A stretch of 64,000 nucleotides of DNA from an uncultured virus (IMG/VR IMGVR_UViG_3300033069_000955) (taxonomy: Duplodnaviria > Heunggongvirae > Uroviricota > Caudoviricetes): the IMG/VR virus record IMGVR_UViG_3300033069_000955, one strand, 5' to 3'. Shown one piece after another: positions 46,646 to 56,502 of this stretch (its first letter is position 1; every line of letters begins with the position of its first letter). A program made the position numbers and the translations under genes. The notes below the pieces were generated by a model. The model made no database searches. It was not told where the DNA came from and saw nothing but the letters and a program-made list of their open reading frames with translations.

Positions 46646-47860
46646 ATGGCAGAATATAGAGACCCTATCTATAGACAAGCAGGTGATGTAGAATTAGATG
46701 GCTATGTGTACACAACGGGAGCTAAAATCCCAGCCATGTATAAAAATGCCAAAGTATATTCTCCATCCGATATGCACGTTACTGCCCTTGTTCCTTTTTC
46801 TTTAAACAGCAAAGAGGGCAAATTAACTGAAGTTCCCCTTTATAATTTAGCTCTTTTAGCTATTTCTACTCACAGAGACAAATACCCCGTTGTTTCTTTA
46901 GGTTCTCGTGGTAGCAAGGGAACCACTAGGGGGCATAGAATGATCGCTGGATCATTGGGTTTTACGTTTATAAATGAAAACCCCTTCGCCCCTTTGTTAA
47001 GAGAGTTTGCTTCCTGGTCTGGAAATGCTTACAATGCTTTAAGACTTCTTCCAGACGAATTACCTAAATTTGATTTATTAGTTGTCTTTAAAGGTCTCCA
47101 TGCAACTAATGATAATGCCTTTTTGATGATTAAAGGTATTGAGATCACTGACTCTGGTAGAAATGCTAATATCAATGATCCTAATATTGGGGACTCTTAT
47201 GGGTTTATGGCACAATCATTTACTGACATAAATGATTTATCCCAATTTAATTTAGTTTCAATTCCAGAAAGAAGACAACCAGAGCCACCTAAAGCTGTAT
47301 TAACCTCCAATGTTCAGACTACTAATCTGCCAAGTAAAGGGGAAGCTTTTAGCAACATAACTTCTGTTTCGGCTTCTGGTAGTTTGGGTATGATGTCTTC
47401 GGAGTGTTTGTTGTTAGGTTCTGAGATTCACACACCTTTCGCTTTGGTTAAAGCAGAAGATTTAATTGTGGGTGATAAGGTTACTTCTTGGAAAGGAACA
47501 GAGGAAACAGTAATTGCAAAAAACATTATTGAAAATCAGCCCATATACGAAGTTGTAACCAAGACAGGTACTTTTTACTGTTCAACATCCCACAGGGTCT
47601 GTATTGACCCGTTAAACCCCCATAACTTCCAGATAACAGCAGACCTCTCCTTAGAAACTGTACTACTTGATATTAGATTGGACCCAGTAGAGATCTTATC
47701 TATAAAAGAAGCTGGGGTTGGTACTGTTGTGAATATAGCTTTAAGTGGTCCCACTAATACATATTTTAGTAATGGGGTATGGCACCATAACAAGTGGAAG
47801 GTTGATGGTAATGGGAATTTGTTAGCTATTGGAAGCTTAATTCCAATTACTAGAATTTAA
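46646..47860 (+). CDS. tail tube-like protein with C-terminal Hint domain
   Basis: RGHRMIAGSLGF...PDELPKFD parallels the tube gene; Hint CLLLGSEI...HHN. Confidence 0.75.
   Translation: MAEYRDPIYRQAGDVELDGYVYTTGAKIPAMYKNAKVYSPSDMHVTALVPFSLNSKEGKLTEVPLYNLALLAISTHRDKYPVVSLGSRGSKGTTRGHRMIAGSLGFTFINENPFAPLLREFASWSGNAYNALRLLPDELPKFDLLVVFKGLHATNDNAFLMIKGIEITDSGRNANINDPNIGDSYGFMAQSFTDINDLSQFNLVSIPERRQPEPPKAVLTSNVQTTNLPSKGEAFSNITSVSASGSLGMMSSECLLLGSEIHTPFALVKAEDLIVGDKVTSWKGTEETVIAKNIIENQPIYEVVTKTGTFYCSTSHRVCIDPLNPHNFQITADLSLETVLLDIRLDPVEILSIKEAGVGTVVNIALSGPTNTYFSNGVWHHNKWKVDGNGNLLAIGSLIPITRI
47405..47791 (+). other. Hint (bacterial intein-like) autoprocessing domain
   Basis: C1, CSTSHRV block B, TYFSNGVWHHN block G followed by Lys. 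Confidence 0.82.
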
Positions 47861-47871
47861 TAGGAGTTAAG

Positions 47872-48081
47872 ATGAACCAGATTATTACTACAATTCAATC
47901 TTTAAACATAAACCCCTATGAAGCTTCATTTAACTCTGTTTATGAGGAATCAACTATCCCTGGTTCTCCTTTAACTACAGCAAATTATGCTCTACTTAAT
48001 CGAGATGCTTCTGCTTTGAATATTTCAATATCTTCTTTATTGTCTCAAATTCAGGATGCAGTTCATTTAGGAGATAGTTAA
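47872..48081 (+). CDS. hypothetical protein
   Basis: AGGAG upstream; TAATG coupling. Confidence 0.6.
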   Translation: MNQIITTIQSLNINPYEASFNSVYEESTIPGSPLTTANYALLNRDASALNISISSLLSQIQDAVHLGDS

Positions 48082-48908
48082 TGCCACTAACACCAAATAA
48101 TAATTCTTACAGACCACCTTCTTATGAAATTGGTGAGCAGTGGAAGGTTGTAGATAGATTTGATTCAACCTATTGGTCTGGGCAGGATGTTAGAGTTTAT
48201 GCTAACAATATCAGACTAGAAGAAGCTGTACAGGTTAGCTATCAGATTATAGAACCCATTAGGCCTGTTTATGGTTATGCTAGCTATGTACCCGATCGTA
48301 TGGTGCATGGTCAGAGATTAATTGTTGGTGAGCTGAGTGTTAATTTCAAGAAAGATGGTTATATTTTTTCTTTGATAAGTGCCCTAAAACGAGAAGAAAA
48401 TTGGCTTACTGGATCTAGAAACAACGAAGCAAATAACCCTGTTCCTGCTGTAGGAACAGAGTATGGTTTATTTAGATACGATAAAACGACCATTGATGCT
48501 ATCAGGTCTGGAAGTTATAAGGGTAGGACCCTATCTAAAATCGTAGATCAAGTATATAATGATGATTTATTGGATAGTGGCGGCGGTAATTATTCACCAA
48601 TTATTCTGAATGAAGCACCCATGTTCCGTACCAAGGAAGAGGGCTTTGATTTAAATATTACTTATGGCACCCAAATAAAAAGTGAGCAAGTTTTACGATT
48701 CTCTGGTACAGATAATATGACACCGAGCATCACTAATACACATGAACCCAAATTAAATACTAAAATTCCAACTGGCCTTAAAATCATTGGAGTTAGTTTG
48801 GGTGGTGTAACTAAAGTCATAGGTGATGATGGTAGGCCAATTATGGAAAGCTATACTTTCCAGGCTAGAAACATTCAAGTAATTAAATTTGAAGATTTAC
48901 AAAATTAA
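48081..48908 (+). CDS. tail tube-like / tube initiator protein (paralog 3)
   Basis: YWSGQDVRVY...PVYGYASY...GQRLIVGELSVNF...YTFQAR. Confidence 0.7.
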   Translation: MPLTPNNNSYRPPSYEIGEQWKVVDRFDSTYWSGQDVRVYANNIRLEEAVQVSYQIIEPIRPVYGYASYVPDRMVHGQRLIVGELSVNFKKDGYIFSLISALKREENWLTGSRNNEANNPVPAVGTEYGLFRYDKTTIDAIRSGSYKGRTLSKIVDQVYNDDLLDSGGGNYSPIILNEAPMFRTKEEGFDLNITYGTQIKSEQVLRFSGTDNMTPSITNTHEPKLNTKIPTGLKIIGVSLGGVTKVIGDDGRPIMESYTFQARNIQVIKFEDLQN

Positions 48909-48916
48909 GTGAAATT

Positions 48917-49609
48917 ATGATAGGAAAAGGACAAGCATCCGAACAGACAATCGCAGAGATTAAGGCACTTAATCCTGGTATCCCTATTCTTAGCTATGAT
49001 TGGCCAAGACGAGAAGATCAGGTTATCTTTAAGACCATTTCTAGAGAGACATACACATATATCATGGAGATGGTTAGTGCTGCCAAGCAAAGCAATGGTA
49101 AGAATCATCTACCTTTAGATGAAGTTCACCAAGCTGTGTTTGATCAATGTGTTTTGTGGCCTAAACTCACAATAGAAGAAAAATATAATCTTCCAGTTGG
49201 AGTAGTACCATCAGTATCTAAGGTTATACAAGAAAGATCAGGATTCCTTGATGTTGATATTGCTGATAGAATTCTGGCCCCTGAGATTTATACCACTCTT
49301 ATTCAACCATTTCCATTTTGGGGAGAGCCTTCAGAGGAAGAGATTGCAGAGCTTCAAAAATCAACCAAATTTCCTCTATTTAAGGTGCAAGTTGAGAGCT
49401 GTTTCTTTGTATTAAGGCCTATGACTAGGACAGATATTAAGATCTCCACTCAAGCTATTGATGACAGATTGGCTTTAACTAGACAGGTAACTCTTTGGCC
49501 CGAACAAGTAGATTGGGAGATTATTCCTGCTGGATGGATTGAAACACTTGGCAGAGCAGCAGCTGACTTAAGCGGTTGGGATAGCGAAGCCCTGGTTTCT
49601 GAACTCTAA
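48917..49609 (+). CDS. tail assembly chaperone with internal duplication
   Basis: Two repeats ...LWP...P.G......SG[FW]; position before the large tail gene. Confidence 0.65.
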   Translation: MIGKGQASEQTIAEIKALNPGIPILSYDWPRREDQVIFKTISRETYTYIMEMVSAAKQSNGKNHLPLDEVHQAVFDQCVLWPKLTIEEKYNLPVGVVPSVSKVIQERSGFLDVDIADRILAPEIYTTLIQPFPFWGEPSEEEIAELQKSTKFPLFKVQVESCFFVLRPMTRTDIKISTQAIDDRLALTRQVTLWPEQVDWEIIPAGWIETLGRAAADLSGWDSEALVSEL

Positions 49610-49678
49610 TTGCGGAGTAGTTAGCAATTATTATGGTCATCATTGGTTACGCCGTGATGACCATAGGTATTTATAAAC

Positions 49679-50257
49679 ATGGATTTTGAAAGAGATTTTA
49701 GATGGTTTGAGGTAACTCTCAAAGGCCCAGATATGAAGCCTAAGTCTTACCATTTTAGATGTCTGTCTTGGGGTGAGTGGAATGCTGCTTTAACAAGAGA
49801 GACAGAAACAGAAATTGATGAATTTATCTTAAAGAAGTGTGTTAAAAATTACCAGCCCGACGTAGATTTAGAGGGCACTTGTCAAACTCTGCTTTTTCAC
49901 ATAAAAAAGCTTTCTGGTTATGATGAAGATCAATTAACTTTAACCCAAGCTGAGAATTGGATATTAGATCCCGATGGGGTTTATGAGGCAGTAGGTATTG
50001 CTGTATTAGGTTTAAATCCAACCTATCTAAGAAACTGTGATCCTCTAGATCGAGCTAAATGTCTGATAGTCGGCAAGATTACCTTTGAAAATATGACAGG
50101 TAAAACTGTTGAAGAGGGTTTTGTTACAGTGGGAGATGCTCCTGATGCTCAAATGAGTCAAGCCTTAGAAGCAGCCCAAGCTAAAGGGCATATAGGTGGA
50201 AGAGATGATGTCTTTTACGCTCAAAATGGGGGCTACGATTCTAGAAGAGGCTTTTAA
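49679..50257 (+). CDS. tail assembly chaperone-like protein
   Basis: FRCLSWGEW...CV...GTCQTL...LSGY repeats the same domain pattern. Confidence 0.6.
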   Translation: MDFERDFRWFEVTLKGPDMKPKSYHFRCLSWGEWNAALTRETETEIDEFILKKCVKNYQPDVDLEGTCQTLLFHIKKLSGYDEDQLTLTQAENWILDPDGVYEAVGIAVLGLNPTYLRNCDPLDRAKCLIVGKITFENMTGKTVEEGFVTVGDAPDAQMSQALEAAQAKGHIGGRDDVFYAQNGGYDSRRGF

Positions 50258-53200
50258 TGCTAGGATCCAATTCTCAATACCACAAAGAGCATGATGATAG
50301 CTTTGCTGATAAAATTTCAGCATTGGCTAAATATGCTGGTATTGCTGCTGTTGGTTTGGGCTCGGTTGCTTATCTCGCCCCCAGAACTTTGGGTTCTAAC
50401 GCAGCTAATGCTTTAAGTGATCAAAGCAGCACATTAAGACGTATCTTAGGTCCTATTGTTGGTGTACACGATACTAAAACCCTTTTCTCAGACACTTTTA
50501 ATTATTTTGCCGACAGTGTTCCACAAGTAAGAAGAAGTTTTCTTCGTGGAGCTATGCGGGACATTCGTAGAGAAGCTCTAACTGAGTCTTTACGGAAGAA
50601 TGTTCATGAAGATAGTCTTGAACATTTTGATAAAATAGCACCCCATCTAACTGATGTTTTCCATGAATTCCTCTCTGGTGAGGTGGAACATATGTCTGGG
50701 AAGCTCCTTAGTGATAGTACCATGCAACGTTTCATGGAATCTACTAAAGGTGTTAGATTCAATTACATGACTGAGAACGTCAAACCTGCTGTTTTATTGG
50801 AACAGCATAGGGCTTCTGTAAAGCAAAGTATGGATGATGCCATTGATCTTGCTAAGAGAAGACAAGTATCTACTGAGAAGAATTTATTTGGTGGTAAGAA
50901 TGGATCAAAAAATAGGGATGTTATCTTTGGTGCATTAGCTAAACATGCCAGAGAAATGAATGCTAGTGAGAAAGCTGGTTTAGATTTGCAAGGAATGTTG
51001 CATAATAAAAATCATCGTGGACTAACAATTGAAGAAATAACTGGGTCCCACCGGGAAAAAGTAGATCAATATTTAAGAAATACTGGGCACAAGAAAACTG
51101 CTGATGAAATCTTTGGAAAGATTGAAAGTAATCTTATTGAACTGGGTGGAGAGCAGCATGCTGAGTTAAGGGAAGCCTACTTAAAGAGTTTTAGTGGTCT
51201 TGGTGTTGATAAAAATGGAGATGTTTTATCTCTCGTACACGCACGTAACAGCAGAAGAACTTTCGTTAATAGGGCAAAACAAGCATTACAGTTTCCTCTC
51301 CAACCTATTAAATTTAACATCCCCTTCACTTTAGGTGGTGCCTATTCTCCTGATAAAACTCCTGTAAAATTTCTTGGAGAAATGAGTAAGCTTGGTGAGC
51401 TTAAGAGGATGGGGTTAAACTATGATAACGAGTTTGGCTTATCTATTGGAGAACAGATTTTTAGTTTTGGGAGACAAGGTACAGATTTTACAGTTGACAG
51501 AGTTAATGCTGAACAAGCTTCTAGATTTATTTTCTTAAACAATGAAAGAAGCACTGTATTAAAAGAGATGGCTGGAACTAGGGCTAATTTATTAGACAAT
51601 GCTTTCAGTGATTTCTCAGATCAAGTATCAACTAAAGGATTTCTAAAAGCTGCCAAGGAAAGTTTACAACGTCCAGAAGGTGGAAGTAAAACTGTGCTGG
51701 AAAATTTACTTCATCACTTCCAACCAGAATTATTCAATCTTAATGTTAATGATGGGGAATTAAAACTTGTTCCGAAAAATATTATGGGCAGTCTTGCTGG
51801 GAAGATTCTTGGTGTGGATCCTACAGCTACATCAGTTACTTCTGATCAAATACACCCAACCCTTATCTCCCAGTTTTTAAAAGAGAATACTGGAAAAATT
51901 ACACCTAATGTAGAGCTAGACCTTCAAAGAAGAATGATTGGGGGTATGGCTAACTTAGATTTTAATGACTTATCCCCTACTGTAAAGAAGCTAGCTTCTA
52001 AAGCTAGAAAAGATGGTATTCCTCTTAGTGAGGATTTAATTAGACTTATGGAGCTTTCTGATAATCCAGAAGCTTTGGCTGATCATTTAGGTACTATGGA
52101 TTTGGAGGCTCTTTCCAACAACCAAGTAAACTCCACACTAGAAAAAGCCTTATCTGATTTTATAGAAAGTCCTAATAGAATTTATGATATTAGTGCCCCC
52201 GCACAGAACAAGGTAGAGTTAAATTCAGTATTAACACCCCCGACCAAAGAACAAGTCTTTGGAGATGATGCTGTATCTAAAATTCAAAAAGACTTACAAC
52301 GAGGACTAATTGAAGAATTTACCAGAGCTTCTGCTAAATCAGAATTATTCTCAGAGGTTAAAGCGGCAACTGGGTTAGATCAAGATATAGCATTAAACTT
52401 ATTAAAAGAAAGGGGAACTTTAATTGATCCTACACAAATAGAAAACGCAAACAAAATTAAAGGAATTTTTACTAAACATTTAAATGTAAGTTCTGATTCT
52501 GAATTTAATTATTTGTTTGAAGGTGCTTTAAAGAACTTTAACCCAGATGAAGGATCTCTCTCAGAAGGTAGCATAGGTCAATTAGTTACAGCTTTCTCTT
52601 CCCACGAAAGATTAGCGGGATATATGGAAGACCCAGTAGCTAAAATGATTGCAGCTGAAAGGGTTAGGTCTGACACCATGCTTGTTGCTACTTCCATTTA
52701 CAAAGAAGAGCAAGGTGTCTCTGTTATAAACAGACTAGTAAACAATTTAGGTATACATGATAAATTAGATGAAGGTGGCTTTAGAGCCAGACGACCCTCA
52801 TTTGTTCCAGAAGCTCCAGAAGAAGCAGTAGCCAGGTATACAGTATTACCCTCTGCTACCCCATCTATGGGGTCATTAATTATTGGTAATGGGTTAACTT
52901 ATACTCAGGCCATGGCTTTCCATCTTAAAACCCAATTAGGAAGAGGCTTTGGTACTGTAGACTTTGCTAAAGGACTCTTTTCAGCAAATTCTGCTCAAGG
53001 GTATTTGAGCACCAGCCTTACTGCTCTTTCTCATGGTGCAGCTAATGTTCTTGATCAAGCAGGATTAGGAATCTCAGAAACAGATAAAGCTACTTTTGGT
53101 AGAGCACATACTAATTTAATGATTAAACGGATTATTCCGGCTTATATTGCTATGGAAGCGTATAAGAATATTAACGCTGATTTACATAACAAAGATCAAG

Positions 53201-56200
53201 AAGGCATAGATGATTTCACAGCTAATGTTTATGGGAATGCAAGAATAAGTACATCTAAATTTAGAGATCGTTTTGGGCTTACTAACCCATTAAAGCACTT
53301 AGTATATAGCCTTCCAGGTGCTGATATGTACTACAATCCAATGGATGAAGCGGAAACCAGGGAGGATTTGTTATATGGTAACGAACAAATCAGAATGGGT
53401 CGTGGCTTTTTAATTGGATCAAGAAATCCAGCATATGGTGGAAGTGTAGAATCAGTCAGACCTAATCTTTATAGAAGACTTAAATCACATTGGACTGAGG
53501 CTAGAAATGTTCAACTATCTAACCCTAACTATAGTTTCCTGCCCACTATAACCAATCCACTCGCACCTCTTAATGCTCTTTTCCACCCTCACTGGCAAGA
53601 AGACTTAACTCAAAAAGATAGGCCCTATGCTTCTGAGGAGGAGATGTTATCTTACCTGGATGAACATCCTTCTGTAGGTTACGCATACGAGAAAAGCCAT
53701 ACCAAAATGAGTAAGGTTATTCAAACTATGACTAATCTGTGGGGCTATAAGAAGCATGGTATGCCTGGTCCTGGTGGATCTGGCCCAGGCACAGGGGGAA
53801 GTGGTTCTGGTTATGGGGGAGGTGGAGGTAGCCTAGAAGAGGCATTACAGTCTGCCGAGCCTGGCGATGAAGATGGTAGAGCTTTTAATTATGGGTACAA
53901 CAAGTATGCATCAAAACATGAGTACCACAAACATAAACTTACACATAAAGTACATGAGGTAATGGATGAATTACTTCGGCCTACTGGTATCTATAGTGGT
54001 ATTGTAAACCAAATACCAGCTTATGGTAGCAACGAACACGAAGCTTTCCAGATTCAAGACCCAGGTGTCTCTTTTTCTAAGTCTCGTTTGTTCTATAACG
54101 CTAAAATGGGTGAAGTTTTTCCTGGTATGTATGGAGAATTCTTCAGACGATTTATGCCTGAGGAAAGACAAGATCCAGATGCTTTCAACCCACTACAAAA
54201 CAACCAAGCTAGTTGGTTGCCTAATAAGTTTCGACGGGGGGACCCATATGCTAGGCTTTCTAACGGTGAGTTAATCCTTCCAGGCGACGCGATGGAAAGA
54301 GCTAACCCATTTGTGAAACCATTAAAAATCAGAGGATCTATGGTAGGTCTTTCAGAAGATGAAATGGTATTGAAGTTCCTTGATCCTATTGGATCAGAGG
54401 CAGATGAAGCTTCTGAGACAAGAATGGCTTTTGGAACTTTTGCTCATAAGAGAATTATGAGACAAATGAGGGAGCAAGGTATCTTAGTTGGTGCTGAAAT
54501 TGCTGCTTACGATGATGAAATTAATGGTTCTGCTACTATTGAAACTTTAGTTAGAGGTAAGAGTGGCTTAGAAGTTGTTGAAATTAAGACTCGTGGTTCT
54601 GGAAATATCAATGAGGATAATGAAAAATACATAGATCAACTTATGTATTATATGTATCTTACTGATACTAAGGTAGGCCATTTGGCCCATGTTAATCGAG
54701 ATAACCCTGATGAAGTTAGGTTAGCTACCTATAAATATGATCCTAAACGCATGGATGCTATATTTAATCGTGTAGCTGGAGCAAGGGCTCGTGTGCAGGA
54801 GATGATTGACAATGAGGAAGTTAGTCCTTATGAAACTTATGGTCTTATTGATAGGATTGAGGTATTAGCAAAAGCTGCTCCTGAATCTCGTGAATTTAGA
54901 AAGTATGTTCAACTCGCCAAAGAGAAAGGTGGGTTTGGTGGTATGGAGCAACGCAGATTTGAGATTGCTTTAGAAATTGCCAAAGCTAAAACAGAGAATT
55001 ATAATCTTTATCCTAAAAGAAATGTTCCCACTGAAACTAGGGATTTAGTTGTTGAGGCTATTACTGGAGAGGGGGATATTTTAACTGAAATGGGTCAGTT
55101 TAAGTTAGCTGGTGTTAAATATGATCAACAAGCTTTTGCTTATAAAGATCCTGCTGACCTATTAGCTCAATATGGTATTCATGTAGGTCAAAAGACCTCT
55201 GTGACTCTTATTAAAGGGCAATTCAATCCTGATGTCACCAAGAACACTGTACTTGAAGCTATTTTTGGGGACGTTAATCATGAACTGATTGAGTCTGAAT
55301 ATGCAGATGAAGACTACAAATCTAGAAATCCATTAGCAAATCAAGTTTTTGGAAGAGATGGATTAGGAACCAGTGTAACCGATACTATTCTACACAGTGA
55401 TAATATGTTTTCTAACAAATTCTTACGTGTACGTACAGCTTTGGAACAATATAAAAGAGGTGAGGTTTACGGAACTGACGAATATTCCTTAAAGAATTTG
55501 AAAGATAATTATGTTGTACCCACTGTAAATTCAATAATTAGTAAGAATCCAGTTGTTGCTGGTGCTCAAAGTGCTTTAGTTGCAAGCATCTTTTTCAGAA
55601 CTAAGAAGATGAAAGGTAAAGCAGCTATGGTTGCTGGGGCAGTTGGGGCGTCTTTATCTCTATTAAAAGAGTTAAATGAAACTTTAACTGGTGAAACTTG
55701 GAAACCAAAAAGAACTAGAAAAAGAAACGATTTTGATGAGTATTATGATATTCTTACCTATGTCAAAGAATCTACCATAGCTGAAGCTGCTTTAAAAGCT
55801 AAGAATGGAGAACGTCAAGTTAAAACTGGACATCAGCAAGTTGCTTTACAAGCTAAGCAGTTTGAAAAGTTAGCTAGTGACGCCGAATTCAAAGCAAGAC
55901 GAACTATGTACGGTTTTGATGTCGTAAATGGTACGCTTGACGAAGCTTTGGCAACACTACCTAGAAGACATAGACAAATTGCTGAATCTATAATTACTAC
56001 TGCTACTCAGGCAGAGAAAGATGAATACTATGACTTATTACCCAATGCTGAGAAGCGGGTACTTGGCAAGTTCTTAGGTGTTGAAGAAGATAAGCTTCCA
56101 ACTAAACCCAATCTAACTGAATACTTCAAGCACCACAATTTACCTAAATCTGATTGGGGTGGCTGGCGAAGAGATACCGACCTTGATGACATTAAACTCA

Positions 56201-56487
56201 GAGCAACTGAGCATGAAGACATAAAGATTGCTAGACCCAGTAAAAGAAAACTAGCTAAGGCTAAAGTTTTCTCAGAGGGGGTCGAAGTACCTAGAATGAA
56301 CAAGAGAACCAAAGAAAACATCCAAAGAGAACTTGATAAATTGGCTGGTAGCGGCGAATTTGGCAATATTCTAATAAACTATGAGACCATACCTACATCT
56401 CATAACGTTATAGATATTAATATGCAGCTAAACCACGACCGCCGAGCGGAAGTGGAACGCGAAAAACAAAAACAATTACGTAGATAA
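50257..56487 (+). CDS. 2076-aa tape-measure-position virion protein with PD-(D/E)XK nuclease-like domain
   Basis: Follows the chaperones; GTFAH...AE...IETL...VEIKT...QLMYY. Confidence 0.75.
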   Translation: MLGSNSQYHKEHDDSFADKISALAKYAGIAAVGLGSVAYLAPRTLGSNAANALSDQSSTLRRILGPIVGVHDTKTLFSDTFNYFADSVPQVRRSFLRGAMRDIRREALTESLRKNVHEDSLEHFDKIAPHLTDVFHEFLSGEVEHMSGKLLSDSTMQRFMESTKGVRFNYMTENVKPAVLLEQHRASVKQSMDDAIDLAKRRQVSTEKNLFGGKNGSKNRDVIFGALAKHAREMNASEKAGLDLQGMLHNKNHRGLTIEEITGSHREKVDQYLRNTGHKKTADEIFGKIESNLIELGGEQHAELREAYLKSFSGLGVDKNGDVLSLVHARNSRRTFVNRAKQALQFPLQPIKFNIPFTLGGAYSPDKTPVKFLGEMSKLGELKRMGLNYDNEFGLSIGEQIFSFGRQGTDFTVDRVNAEQASRFIFLNNERSTVLKEMAGTRANLLDNAFSDFSDQVSTKGFLKAAKESLQRPEGGSKTVLENLLHHFQPELFNLNVNDGELKLVPKNIMGSLAGKILGVDPTATSVTSDQIHPTLISQFLKENTGKITPNVELDLQRRMIGGMANLDFNDLSPTVKKLASKARKDGIPLSEDLIRLMELSDNPEALADHLGTMDLEALSNNQVNSTLEKALSDFIESPNRIYDISAPAQNKVELNSVLTPPTKEQVFGDDAVSKIQKDLQRGLIEEFTRASAKSELFSEVKAATGLDQDIALNLLKERGTLIDPTQIENANKIKGIFTKHLNVSSDSEFNYLFEGALKNFNPDEGSLSEGSIGQLVTAFSSHERLAGYMEDPVAKMIAAERVRSDTMLVATSIYKEEQGVSVINRLVNNLGIHDKLDEGGFRARRPSFVPEAPEEAVARYTVLPSATPSMGSLIIGNGLTYTQAMAFHLKTQLGRGFGTVDFAKGLFSANSAQGYLSTSLTALSHGAANVLDQAGLGISETDKATFGRAHTNLMIKRIIPAYIAMEAYKNINADLHNKDQEGIDDFTANVYGNARISTSKFRDRFGLTNPLKHLVYSLPGADMYYNPMDEAETREDLLYGNEQIRMGRGFLIGSRNPAYGGSVESVRPNLYRRLKSHWTEARNVQLSNPNYSFLPTITNPLAPLNALFHPHWQEDLTQKDRPYASEEEMLSYLDEHPSVGYAYEKSHTKMSKVIQTMTNLWGYKKHGMPGPGGSGPGTGGSGSGYGGGGGSLEEALQSAEPGDEDGRAFNYGYNKYASKHEYHKHKLTHKVHEVMDELLRPTGIYSGIVNQIPAYGSNEHEAFQIQDPGVSFSKSRLFYNAKMGEVFPGMYGEFFRRFMPEERQDPDAFNPLQNNQASWLPNKFRRGDPYARLSNGELILPGDAMERANPFVKPLKIRGSMVGLSEDEMVLKFLDPIGSEADEASETRMAFGTFAHKRIMRQMREQGILVGAEIAAYDDEINGSATIETLVRGKSGLEVVEIKTRGSGNINEDNEKYIDQLMYYMYLTDTKVGHLAHVNRDNPDEVRLATYKYDPKRMDAIFNRVAGARARVQEMIDNEEVSPYETYGLIDRIEVLAKAAPESREFRKYVQLAKEKGGFGGMEQRRFEIALEIAKAKTENYNLYPKRNVPTETRDLVVEAITGEGDILTEMGQFKLAGVKYDQQAFAYKDPADLLAQYGIHVGQKTSVTLIKGQFNPDVTKNTVLEAIFGDVNHELIESEYADEDYKSRNPLANQVFGRDGLGTSVTDTILHSDNMFSNKFLRVRTALEQYKRGEVYGTDEYSLKNLKDNYVVPTVNSIISKNPVVAGAQSALVASIFFRTKKMKGKAAMVAGAVGASLSLLKELNETLTGETWKPKRTRKRNDFDEYYDILTYVKESTIAEAALKAKNGERQVKTGHQQVALQAKQFEKLASDAEFKARRTMYGFDVVNGTLDEALATLPRRHRQIAESIITTATQAEKDEYYDLLPNAEKRVLGKFLGVEEDKLPTKPNLTEYFKHHNLPKSDWGGWRRDTDLDDIKLRATEHEDIKIARPSKRKLAKAKVFSEGVEVPRMNKRTKENIQRELDKLAGSGEFGNILINYETIPTSHNVIDINMQLNHDRRAEVEREKQKQLRR

Positions 56488-56502
56488 CAGGATATCCTAA
56501 TA

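Noticed and set aside
49590..49690. Programmed -1 frameshift between the tail chaperone genes
   Set aside because: No clear slippery heptamer before the stop; the genes are separated by a hairpin and the second has its own ATG
54330..54800. Cas4 / CRISPR-Cas system
   Set aside because: No Fe-S cysteines, no other cas genes and no repeat-spacer array seen in the window
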